53,080 nucleotides of DNA from an uncultured Sphingomonadaceae bacterium (GTDB lineage: Bacteria > Pseudomonadota > Alphaproteobacteria > Sphingomonadales > Sphingomonadaceae): positions 1 through 53,080 of the forward strand of contig CAXTQJ010000003.1 of the NCBI GenBank assembly GCA_964246245.1, read 5' to 3'. This document shows, piece by piece, positions 9,530 through 18,025 of the stretch. Numbering within the stretch: position 1 is the first letter of the stretch; every line of letters begins with the position of its first letter. Below the pieces are notes generated by a model. That model searched no databases. It was not told the origin of the DNA and saw only the letters and a program-made list of their open reading frames with translations. Position numbers and translations under genes: made by a program.

Positions 9530-10893
9530 TGGCGATCCACCGCCTCCTGGTTGCCAACCGCGGCGAGATCGCGCTCCGCATCGTTCGTGCGGCGCAGGCG
9601 CTCAACATCGAGACTGTCGTCGCGGTGTCGGACGCCGACCGTGGCAGCGCCGCCGCGTGTCTCGCCGACCGGGCGATCGTCATCGGTCCGGCGGCGGCGG
9701 CGAAGAGCTACCTCGACCCGCGGCTGATCGTCCACGCCGCGATCGCGACCGGATGCGACGCGCTCCACCCGGGCTACGGCTTTCTGTCGGAGCGCGCGAT
9801 CCTGCCGCGGCTGTGCAGCGAGCATGGCGTTGTCTTCGTCGGTCCCAACGCCGAGGTTATCGAAGCGCTCGGCGACAAGCTGCGGGCGCGGGCAATGGCA
9901 GGCGCCGCGGGCGTGCCGCTCGTTCCCGGCAGCGACGGCATCGCCAGTGCCGCCGATGCGCGCCGGGAGGGCGACCGCATCGGCTATCCCGTCCTGATCA
10001 AGGCGGCCGCGGGCGGCGGTGGGCGCGGCATGGTCATCGCCCAGAACGGTGATGAGGCCGAAGCCGGGTACAACCGCGCCAGCGCCGAAGCCGAGGCGGC
10101 GTTCGGCGACGGCTCGCTGTTCATGGAGCGCTTCGTCCCCGAGGCACGCCATGTCGAGGTCCAGCTGATGGGCGACGGCCGCGGCACAGTCGTCCACTTC
10201 GGCGAGCGCGACTGCTCGGTCCAGCGGCGTTACCAGAAGCTCGTCGAGGAAGCGCCATGCGCCGCCATGTCGGACGCCCTGCGCGCGCAGCTCCACGCCT
10301 CCGCCGTCGCGCTAGCTGCCAGCGTCAACTACCGCAACGCCGGCACCGCCGAGTTCCTGTTCGACGTCGCGCGGCAGGAGTTCTACTTCATCGAGGTCAA
10401 CGCCCGCATCCAGGTCGAGCACCCGGTCAGCGAGATGATCGCCGGCTTCGACCTCGTCCAGGAGCAGTTGCGGATCGCCGGCGGCGCGGAGCTGTCGGTC
10501 CGCCAAGAGCAGGTCACGCTGTCCGGTCACGCCATAGAGTGCCGGATCAACGCTGAGGACGCGGAGCGGGACTTCGCGCCGTCGCCCGGCACGATCACGC
10601 GCTGGGAGCCGCCCGCTGGTGAAGGTGTCCGCCTCGACAGCCATATGAGCGCCGGCGCAGCGATACCGCCATTTTACGACAGCATGATCGGCAAGCTCAT
10701 CGTCCATGGCCGCGACCGCCCCGACGCCATTGCCAAACTGACCGCAGCGCTCGCGAACTTTCGCATCGAAGGCGTCGCGACGACGCTCGACCTTCATCGC
10801 GCGATCGTCGCGCATCCCGACTTCATTGCCAACCGCATCCACACACGCTGGCTCGAGAAGGTGCTGCTGCCTACGTTCGGAGCAGCGGCATGA
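9529..10893 (+). CDS. accC: Biotin carboxylase subunit (AccC-like)
   Basis: LVANRGEIA, HPGYGFLSE, KAAAGGGGRGM, ERDCSVQRRYQK, FIEVNARIQVEHPVSE, PFYDSMIGKL; ATG overlaps upstream TGA. Confidence 0.95.
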   Translation: MAIHRLLVANRGEIALRIVRAAQALNIETVVAVSDADRGSAAACLADRAIVIGPAAAAKSYLDPRLIVHAAIATGCDALHPGYGFLSERAILPRLCSEHGVVFVGPNAEVIEALGDKLRARAMAGAAGVPLVPGSDGIASAADARREGDRIGYPVLIKAAAGGGGRGMVIAQNGDEAEAGYNRASAEAEAAFGDGSLFMERFVPEARHVEVQLMGDGRGTVVHFGERDCSVQRRYQKLVEEAPCAAMSDALRAQLHASAVALAASVNYRNAGTAEFLFDVARQEFYFIEVNARIQVEHPVSEMIAGFDLVQEQLRIAGGAELSVRQEQVTLSGHAIECRINAEDAERDFAPSPGTITRWEPPAGEGVRLDSHMSAGAAIPPFYDSMIGKLIVHGRDRPDAIAKLTAALANFRIEGVATTLDLHRAIVAHPDFIANRIHTRWLEKVLLPTFGAAA

Positions 10894-11294
10894 CCGACCG
10901 CAGCGCAACCGACCGCGCGGTCGAGGACGCTCGAGCGCTGCTCCGCCTGATGCAGAGCGGCAGCGCGAAGGAACTGCACGTCCTCACTACGAACGCCGAG
11001 TTCTTTCTTGCCGCGGCGGGAGGCCGGCCGAACCCGATGCGGAACGAGGCGCCCGCTCCTGAAGCAAGCGACACCAGCCTCTCCTTTATCCGCGCGCCGC
11101 ACATTGCAACGGTTGTCAGAGTCTCAGTCGTCGGGGATGAGGTCGCCGCAGGCCAGACTGCGGTGGTCATTCGATTACTGGGTGAGGAAATCTCCATCCC
11201 CGTGACAACGACCACACGCATTGCGTCGTGCCATGTAACAGCGGGTGCCATCGTCGAATATGACGAGCCGCTTGTGTCCGTCCGACGCTCTTAG
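10890..11294 (+). CDS. BCCP/lipoyl-domain-like protein lacking the biotinylated lysine
   Basis: N-terminus like BCCP (LLRLMQSGSAKELHV), IRAPHIATV, GDEVAAGQ, GAIVEYDEPLV, but RLLGEE where E(A/V)MK is expected. Confidence 0.65.
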   Translation: MTDRSATDRAVEDARALLRLMQSGSAKELHVLTTNAEFFLAAAGGRPNPMRNEAPAPEASDTSLSFIRAPHIATVVRVSVVGDEVAAGQTAVVIRLLGEEISIPVTTTTRIASCHVTAGAIVEYDEPLVSVRRS

Positions 11295-11549
11295 TCAAGG
11301 CAACTCGGAAAGCAGCAGGGTCACACCTGCCAAGGGGCCTCCGCCGCGCTGTCGGGCGGCTGCGTTAGCCAAAGACGACAGCGCAGGAAGCAATGGTTCC
11401 CTTCGGTCTTGGATCACAGTTGGCATACTGCTGCATGGTCCGCCTAGACCTCCGGGAAGGGCACTGCTCTCACCAAGCAGGAACGAACTCGCCGCAGTCC
11501 GTCCACGATCAACACAAGGCTTCGGGCCAGAAGCCCGCTCGCCCTGGAC

Positions 11550-11572
11550 GCAAAGCTGCCGACCAGCTTTGC
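11550..11572 (-). terminator. Hairpin directly after the stop of the minus-strand hypothetical gene
   Basis: GCAAAGCTG-CCGAC-CAGCTTTGC 9-bp stem adjacent to the stop at 11573. Confidence 0.35.
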
Positions 11573-12094
11573 CTAAACCAGCGACAGCTTATGCCGTTGA
11601 GCCCCTAAAAGCGGACGGGCCGTTTTCCCCCCCGACGCGGCCAGCTTCTCGCGGTTAGCCTTACGCGATGCCGCTGCCTTAATCCCGCGAGCCTTTGCGG
11701 CTTCGGGCGAGATGGTCGACGTCCTCGGCCGCGGCATAACGACCGTCGCATCGCCCTTGCCGTGGTTGGCCAGCTCGGCGTCGAACGCACCCGCCTCGAC
11801 CGCGGCGCGCATCTGGCCGAGGAACTCGTCGAACCGGTTTGCCGGCATGTGGTTGGTGGCCACGCCGTTGATGACGAACGTATCCCCGCCGAGCTTGACC
11901 GTCATGGCGACGACACCGTTCTTCATCTGCCACCAGCTGCCCGAGGTCCGGGCCGGGTCGGCTTGGCGCTGGGCCAGCGCGCGGTCAATGCCGCGCAGAA
12001 GCGGACGGCGAGCTTTGGTCGGATCGGCAGGCTTCTTGTCGAACACCTCCTTCAGGCCGTTGTCGATCATCGCCAGATAGTCCTTGAGCGCCAT
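11573..12094 (-). CDS. Hypothetical protein with basic C-terminal tail
   Basis: Typical high-GC codon usage from MALKDY, GGAG RBS upstream, Lys/Arg/Ala-rich tail AAKARGIKAAASRKANREK. Confidence 0.75.
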   Translation of the reverse strand: MALKDYLAMIDNGLKEVFDKKPADPTKARRPLLRGIDRALAQRQADPARTSGSWWQMKNGVVAMTVKLGGDTFVINGVATNHMPANRFDEFLGQMRAAVEAGAFDAELANHGKGDATVVMPRPRTSTISPEAAKARGIKAAASRKANREKLAASGGKTARPLLGAQRHKLSLV

Positions 12095-12357
12095 GCCAGT
12101 CTCCGTCGCCGAGTGATGACACGACCATAAGCGTAGCCCTCGGCAAGCGACAACCGCGACCATCCCCTAGTATTTGCCGACCAAGCCGCCGAGCCGCAGA
12201 ACCGACTGGACTGTGGCCCTGAACGGAGCGTTGGTCGGTCAGCGAGTCGCGCGGCGGATGGCCGGCGGCGGGCGGGCCCGGAGGCGCTGATCCTCGGGGC
12301 TTCGGGTCGTGGGGAACACGGGCACGCTGGTGTGCGCGGCCCCACGGAGACCTAGCC

Positions 12358-12834
12358 ATGACGATCAACTCCAAGACCGCCGCCGCGCCGCGCCGTAGCC
12401 GCAAGAGCAATGCCGGTGCGATGAGCGACGCTGTATCGACACCGGGAGTGACGACGACCGCGCCGGCGGCGATTGTCGCCGCGACCAAGCCGGCGCCCAT
12501 GAGCAAGTCTGACACTGTGATCAAGCTCCTGCTCCGCGCCAAGGGTGCGACCCCGATGGAGCTGATCGCGGCGACCGATTGGCAGGCGCACAGCGTGCGG
12601 GCGTTCCTCACGGGCCTGCGCAAGAAAGGCCGGATCATCGTGCGGGAAGCGCGCAAGAACGGCGAGGGCACGTACCGGATCGTGGTTCCTGACGCGGCAC
12701 CCGCGGCCGATCCTGCGCCTGACGCTGTGGCGGAGGAAACACAGGCTTCCGTCGGCGAGACGGCCGTAGTTCCGACTCCCGGCTGTGAGGCAGGCGACGA
12801 CTGCAGTCAGGCGACCGGCGGCGGAGACGCGTAA
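12358..12834 (+). CDS. DUF3489 domain protein (winged-HTH-like)
   Basis: SKSDTVIKLLLRAKGATPMELIAATDWQAHSVRAFLTGLRKKG signature. Confidence 0.85.
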   Translation: MTINSKTAAAPRRSRKSNAGAMSDAVSTPGVTTTAPAAIVAATKPAPMSKSDTVIKLLLRAKGATPMELIAATDWQAHSVRAFLTGLRKKGRIIVREARKNGEGTYRIVVPDAAPAADPAPDAVAEETQASVGETAVVPTPGCEAGDDCSQATGGGDA

Positions 12835-12835
12835 G

Positions 12836-13333
12836 GTGCAGCCTTCTACTGACCTCACTGGCTTGGCGGCCATGTCGCTAGCCGAGCTGCGGGCGGCATG
12901 GCGCAAGCTCTATCGGTCCGACGCGCCGCAGAGCAGCGCCGACCTCCTCGCCCGGGCTCTGGCCTGGGCGAGCGAGGCGCGGACCCACGGCGGCCTCGAC
13001 CCGGCCGTCGTCCGCGAGCTCGAGCAACGGCACGCGATGCTCGACCGCGGCGGGACGGGGGAGCCGCGGCTCAAGTCCGGCACCCGGCTGGTCCGCGACT
13101 GGGGCGGGCGGCGCTACGTCGTTCTGGTCGAGGCCGATGCCTACGTCTTCGAAGACCGGCGCTATGCCTCTCTCAGCCAGATCGCCGAGACCATTACCGG
13201 CACCCACTGGTCGGGCCCCCGGTTCTTCGGGCTGAAGACGCGCAGCCGGCGACGAGCGGCAGCGGCGGCAGCGGAAGCAGCCGACCCGACAATGCCGGCG
13301 CCCCCGGCACGGAGCGCCTCCGATGCAGCCTGA
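12836..13333 (+). CDS. DUF2924 domain protein
   Basis: LAELRAAWRKLY, GTRLVRDWGG, YASLSQIAETITGTHWSGPRFFGL; start uncertain (12785, 12836 or 12872). Confidence 0.88.
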   Translation: MQPSTDLTGLAAMSLAELRAAWRKLYRSDAPQSSADLLARALAWASEARTHGGLDPAVVRELEQRHAMLDRGGTGEPRLKSGTRLVRDWGGRRYVVLVEADAYVFEDRRYASLSQIAETITGTHWSGPRFFGLKTRSRRRAAAAAAEAADPTMPAPPARSASDAA

Positions 13334-15002
13334 GCGGCGGCGCTGCGCGATCTACACCCGCAAGTCGACCGAGGAGGGGTTGGAGCAGGACTTCAACAGC
13401 CTCCATGCGCAGCGGGAAGCGTGCGAGGCCTATATCGCCAGCCAGCGGTCCGAGGGGTGGAAGCTGCTCCCCGCGGTCTACGACGACGGCGGCTACTCGG
13501 GCGGCAGCATGGAGCGTCCGGCGCTGGCCCAGCTGATGGCCGACGTCCAGGCGGGCAAGGTCGATGTCATCGTCGTCTACAAGGTCGATCGGTTGACGCG
13601 GGCGCTCAGCGACTTCGCCCGGATTGTCGACGTGCTCGACAAGGCAGGGGCGAGCTTCGTCAGCGTCACCCAGGCGTTCAACACCACGACCAGCATGGGC
13701 CGGCTGACCCTCAACGTCCTCCTCAGCTTCGCGCAGTTCGAACGCGAGGTCACCGCCGAGCGCATCCGCGACAAGATCGCGGCGTCGAAGGCCAAGGGCA
13801 TGTGGATGGGCGGGTCCCGCCCGATGGGCTACCGCGCCGCCAACCACCGGCTCTTCGTCATCCCGGAGGAAGCCGAGACGGTGCGCCACATCTTCCGCCG
13901 GTTCGCCGTCTTGCGCTCGGCGGACGCGCTCGCAGCCGAGCTGGCCCGCGACGGCATCCGCTCGGCCACACGGACGAGCAAGGCGGGCAATGTGTCGGGC
14001 GGTCTGCCGCTACGGCGTGGGCCGCTCTACGTCATGCTGTCGAACCCGGTCTATCGCGGCATGATCAAGCACAAGCGCGTCGTCCATAAGGGCGAGCATG
14101 AGCCGATCGTCGACGAGGCGCTGTGGGACGAGGTGCAGAGGGTCCTCGCCGCCAACCGAAGCGATCGTCGGCTCGGGACCAACGCCGAGCATCCGAGCCT
14201 GCTCGCCGGTCTGCTGGTCGACGGCGACGGCCGGCCGATGTCGCCGGGTCATGCGTGCAAGGGAGGCAGGCGGTATCGCTACTACCTGACCCACCAGCAC
14301 CATCGCTCCGATGCCGCAGCGCCACTGGCGACACGCGTCTCGGCCGGCGATATCGAGACGCTGGTGGTTGACCAGATCGCCTGCTGGCTCGGGCAGCCGG
14401 TGACGGCAGCCCTACTAGCGAGCGAGGAAGTATCGCCGACCACCGCGGCAGCCGCCGCCACGCGCTGGCAGGCGATGCTCGCTGTTGCTGGCCCGAGTGC
14501 GTTGCGTGCGATGCTGATTGGGGTCGTTCGCCAGGTCGCGATCGGTATATCGACCATTGCCATCACACTCGACATCGCCGGGGTGCATGTCGCGCTCGGG
14601 CTGCCGCAGCCTGACGGCCACTTCGCTTCCGGCGAGCCGCTGACCATCGAGGTACAGTTCCGCCATGCCCGTGCCGGCAAGCAGATGAAGCTAATCGTTG
14701 CCGGCGAGGCGGATGCAACGGCGGGACCGGACTCGCCGCTGACCCGGCTGGTGGTCCGGGCGTATGCGGCGCGCGTAATCTGGCTCAAGGCCCGCGGCAG
14801 GGACGATGGCGAGGTCGCTGCGCGGCTCGGCTACAGCCGGGCCTATCTGCGAACGCTGCTGCGCATCGCGTTCCTCGCTCCCGATATCACCGCTGCCATC
14901 CTCGCCGGACGCCAGCCGGTCGGGCTTGGAGAGAACCGGTTGATGCGGGCGACGCATCTGCCGCTCGACTGGGCTGGGCAGCGAGCCGCGCTCGGGTTCT
15001 AG
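13323..15002 (+). CDS. Large serine recombinase (resolvase plus recombinase domains)
   Basis: CAIYTRKST catalytic Ser, YDDGGYSGG, VYKVDRLTR, FAQFERE, LSNPVYRG, HEPIVDEALW, YRYY, C-terminal LAPDITAAIL..LPLDWAGQ. Confidence 0.95.
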   Translation: MQPERRRCAIYTRKSTEEGLEQDFNSLHAQREACEAYIASQRSEGWKLLPAVYDDGGYSGGSMERPALAQLMADVQAGKVDVIVVYKVDRLTRALSDFARIVDVLDKAGASFVSVTQAFNTTTSMGRLTLNVLLSFAQFEREVTAERIRDKIAASKAKGMWMGGSRPMGYRAANHRLFVIPEEAETVRHIFRRFAVLRSADALAAELARDGIRSATRTSKAGNVSGGLPLRRGPLYVMLSNPVYRGMIKHKRVVHKGEHEPIVDEALWDEVQRVLAANRSDRRLGTNAEHPSLLAGLLVDGDGRPMSPGHACKGGRRYRYYLTHQHHRSDAAAPLATRVSAGDIETLVVDQIACWLGQPVTAALLASEEVSPTTAAAAATRWQAMLAVAGPSALRAMLIGVVRQVAIGISTIAITLDIAGVHVALGLPQPDGHFASGEPLTIEVQFRHARAGKQMKLIVAGEADATAGPDSPLTRLVVRAYAARVIWLKARGRDDGEVAARLGYSRAYLRTLLRIAFLAPDITAAILAGRQPVGLGENRLMRATHLPLDWAGQRAALGF

Positions 15003-15197
15003 ACAACTGCGGCAGGTCGGGCGGCAGCCGCCATCGGATCGAGTTACGATCGCAGCTGCAGACTGCGAAACGACCGCCGGAGAAAAGGGCGTCGATTGCC
15101 GCATGGCGGCCCACCCGGACGGGTCTCTGTCGCCGGTCGTGATGAGGCCGACGCGACAAGCCTCGGGAAACGCGGCGGAAATGTCGGTTGGGCCGTA

Positions 15198-15249
15198 TGC
15201 GCCCCGCCAGGTTAGGCGGGGCGCAGACTGCGTGGTGCGCGACGCAGTC
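15198..15249. repeat. Tandem hairpins downstream of the recombinase
   Basis: TGCGCCCCGCC-N6-GGCGGGGCGCA (11 bp) directly followed by GACTGCGT-N8-ACGCAGTC (8 bp). Confidence 0.7.
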
Positions 15250-15448
15250 GCGGGCGAAACGCTCTCGCTAGCGCGCCGCCGCCTTGGTGTCCCCGTGCGC
15301 CATTTCAGCTCTAAAATAGCGCGAAAATCACAGAATCAACCTCCCCAGCACCCTCAGTTGACCACAGTCTGGGCGTTAAAAGTGGCGATATTCGGAGATT
15401 ACCCATTATGCTGCGAAATGCGGACAATGTGATCCCTGAGGGCTGCCA

Positions 15449-16480
15449 ATGATTCGCAATCGCGCTCCGAGCCAGCTGCCGGTGATCGGTATCGGCATGC
15501 TCAAGCGAGCGGGTTTGTTCGACGAAAATCATCGCGGCTGGATCGGCTTTTGGTTGGGATCAGTCGAGGCGATCTTCGCTTATTCACGCGAAAAGAATGC
15601 GCTGGCGGTGGTGACGTTCGCGAACGGCAAAATCTATCCCCAGTATATTTCGCTGTCGTATTCCAAACTTCGCTTCGGTCGGCGGCGCTATTTCTACTGT
15701 TATAAAAGTGATGTCAGATGCAACGATCTGGTCTTCGCCGAAGGTGAATTCGCCTCTCGGGTCAGTTGGCGAATGGGGCGAGGTCCGCTCCATTCCAATC
15801 AGCGTCGGCACGAGGGAAGCCGGCACGAGATCCAACGACTCCTGGGTTCGGAGACCAAAGGGCCGGCGCGCGGGAAGAACCGATCCAAGCTGCTAGCGAC
15901 GATCGAGCCGAATGCGTGGCTACGGCTCGTCACGCCAGAGCAGGCCGACACTGTCGCCGCCCTGCGCATCAGGGCAGAGCTTGGCAGAAAGCGTGCAGTC
16001 GCGTCGCCAATGGCGATGGCGGTGGCGTTCAACAAAGGGCAGCGGGTGCGCAGCAGTCTCGACCGCGAGTTGTCGTCCGATCAGCTCGCACGCTTCGGCG
16101 CGACCAGGCCGCTGGGGGTACGCCATCTACCGCGCGCCTTCGTCGACGACTTTCCCTTCCTCGCCATCGGCGACCTCAGTCGGCGCAAGCTGCTCAAGGC
16201 GGGAACGCTGTCGGCCTGGACGCTGCCGTGGTCGGACGCGGTGCACCTCATCATCGAATGCCACCTGTATGACCCGGATCAGGCGTTCGTTGCGGCGCGG
16301 TCGCGCTATACGGGCGACGCGCAGATCCTGCGGCTGCGCCGGACCGGCAGTCAGGCGAAGTGGTGCTTCGTCTGCCCGTTCACCGGCCAGCCCATGACCA
16401 AGGCCTTCTTCCGTGACGGCCTGTTCGGCTCGGTTGCCGGCAATCACCTCATCCACCGCTCACAACGAAAGGCGGGTTGA
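15449..16480 (+). CDS. Hypothetical protein with two copies of a Cys-containing domain
   Basis: QYISLS...RRRYFYCYKSDVRCNDLVFAEGEFAS vs QILRLR...KWCFVCPFTGQPMTKAFFRDGLFGS...SQR. Confidence 0.7.
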   Translation: MIRNRAPSQLPVIGIGMLKRAGLFDENHRGWIGFWLGSVEAIFAYSREKNALAVVTFANGKIYPQYISLSYSKLRFGRRRYFYCYKSDVRCNDLVFAEGEFASRVSWRMGRGPLHSNQRRHEGSRHEIQRLLGSETKGPARGKNRSKLLATIEPNAWLRLVTPEQADTVAALRIRAELGRKRAVASPMAMAVAFNKGQRVRSSLDRELSSDQLARFGATRPLGVRHLPRAFVDDFPFLAIGDLSRRKLLKAGTLSAWTLPWSDAVHLIIECHLYDPDQAFVAARSRYTGDAQILRLRRTGSQAKWCFVCPFTGQPMTKAFFRDGLFGSVAGNHLIHRSQRKAG

Positions 16481-16859
16481 GTGTCGCGTACAGCTCGGTC
16501 AGGGGAAAGGTGATCAGCCTCCTGCCCTCGGTTTTGAACCGCCTGAGCAGGCGCTCGACTCTCTTGGCGTCCAAGGGCAGCGGGCCATCGTCCGCATAGA
16601 AGACGGTATAGGCCTCCTCCTTAAGCAGGCCGCCGTAAAAGGTCCGATTCAAACGACGGCGGAGGTAGGCCGCGCGCGCAAGGCTGGGATCCATCCGCGA
16701 CTTCGCCGTCTCCACGATCGAATAGTCCTCGTCGCATCGACGTCGCAGTGTCGCAACCGAGACACCGAGCAGTTCTGCCGCCCCGCCCCGCCGGCCACGA
16801 CACGCAACCAGCGCGGTGATGATAGTCTCGCGGGCGAGTTCAATGCGTGCCGGCACCAT
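16449..16859 (-). CDS. Fis-type helix-turn-helix protein
   Basis: ETIITALVACRGRRGGAAELLGVSVATLRRR; GGAGG RBS upstream of ATG. Confidence 0.7.
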   Translation of the reverse strand: MVPARIELARETIITALVACRGRRGGAAELLGVSVATLRRRCDEDYSIVETAKSRMDPSLARAAYLRRRLNRTFYGGLLKEEAYTVFYADDGPLPLDAKRVERLLRRFKTEGRRLITFPLTELYATLNPPFVVSGG

Positions 16860-16919
16860 TGCCTCCAGCCGCCAGCCTAATCCCCCCGCTGCCTATAGGC
16901 CAGCGCGAGGAGCTCCCTG

Positions 16920-17100
16920 CAGGCGCATGCGCCTTCACCGTTGCCGGCTAGACATGCGCGCATGCCACCCGGCCTCAGGTCGCCCTGTGACCGGTGCCGT
17001 AATGAGCGCGGGGCATAAACCCGACCATCACCGCGGTGGCAAGCTTGCGAAGACACTCGAGGTGAACATGGGTGAGCTGCTCCACTGGGTCGATACGGTA
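16920..17100 (+). pseudogene. Possible XRE-family HTH remnant
   Basis: Fragments across frames read ERG..PTITAV and KLAKTLEVNMGELL, resembling an HTH_3 C-terminal half. Confidence 0.3.
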
Positions 17101-17280
17101 GGCGTCGGCGTTGCATTGCCGGCCGCCTCTGTCCGATCCAGTCACTGCTTATTGTGCCAACAGATCGTCCATCAGGCTCTAAATTGCCTCGCAATGGCCG
17201 ACGGCTTTGCTAAAGCCATTCCGATCCAATTGCAGTGGGATAAGAAGCTTATCTGATAGTTACCAGTGCAGAAACGCGAT

Positions 17281-17973
17281 TTATGCACTTTCACCGGTCA
17301 CGATCAGCCTTGCTGTTGTTCTCATGTGGTTTTGGGCCGCGGCTATCAAACCTTCGATGTCGCGTGCCAATGCAAGCTCAACAATTTTCTTGTGCTCATT
17401 GTGGACTTGCCGACGCGCGCCAGCGTTCGCGGACATTCCGCGATATCGCTCAGACTGCTCGTACAATTGGGCGTGAAGAACCAACAGGCGCCGGCTGCCA
17501 CAGGCCGCGACCAGTGCCGAGTGAAAGGCTGCATGCACCGCTGTCCATTGAGGATTGAGCGCTACCTCCTCTCCCTCCAGAAGCGGCGACGTCGCGGACG
17601 CGCGATGCGATGCAGCGAGCAAGCCGGCCTCCCACTCGACGCCGCCGCGTGTCACCGATCTGCGCAATGCGATAGCTTCAATGTCACAGCGCAACTCAGT
17701 CAGGTCCTCCAAGTCGTCAATTGACAGGGGAGCAACAGCGAATCCCTTCTGATCGCGAGCAATAACAAGCTGTTCTGGAACTAGCCGCGATAAAGCTTCG
17801 CGAACCGCGCTTGGGCTGACGGACAAGCTGGCGGCAAGGTCGTTGATTTTTAATTTTTTCCCCGGCCCGTGGACGCCGGCGACAATAGCACGCCGGATTG
17901 TCTCGTAGGCGAGCGTTGTCTGGCTCGGCGTCGAAGCGAAGACGCGGTCGTTTGGAACCGGAACGTGAAACAT
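17281..17973 (-). CDS. GntR family regulator with FCD domain
   Basis: AYETIRRAIVAG..PGKKL, VSPSAVREALSRL, HAAFHSALVAACG, EHKKIVE. Confidence 0.93.
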   Translation of the reverse strand: MFHVPVPNDRVFASTPSQTTLAYETIRRAIVAGVHGPGKKLKINDLAASLSVSPSAVREALSRLVPEQLVIARDQKGFAVAPLSIDDLEDLTELRCDIEAIALRRSVTRGGVEWEAGLLAASHRASATSPLLEGEEVALNPQWTAVHAAFHSALVAACGSRRLLVLHAQLYEQSERYRGMSANAGARRQVHNEHKKIVELALARDIEGLIAAAQNHMRTTARLIVTGESA

Positions 17974-18025
17974 CGCATCAAGTACCTTCGATGATCCCCG
18001 GCTGAAATAGGCTCATTCCGTCACC

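Larger units (their letters stand above)
11573..17100. mobile_element. Serine-recombinase integrative module (DUF3489-DUF2924-LSR plus cargo); boundaries approximate
   Basis: Triad typical of alphaproteobacterial islands, interrupts catabolic gene context on both sides; att sites not identified. Confidence 0.6.

Noticed and set aside
9047-10893. Housekeeping acetyl-CoA carboxylase accBC locus
   Set aside because: Catabolic operon context, EVMKLF variant and an extra BCCP-like gene indicate a paralogous accessory system; the symbols denote family only
13250-13285. GCG/GCA-rich low-complexity run
   Set aside because: Simply encodes the poly-Ala tail of the DUF2924 protein
15180-15270. tRNA or tRNA-derived att site after the recombinase
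   Set aside because: No cloverleaf, no TTCGA T-loop and no CCA end could be built
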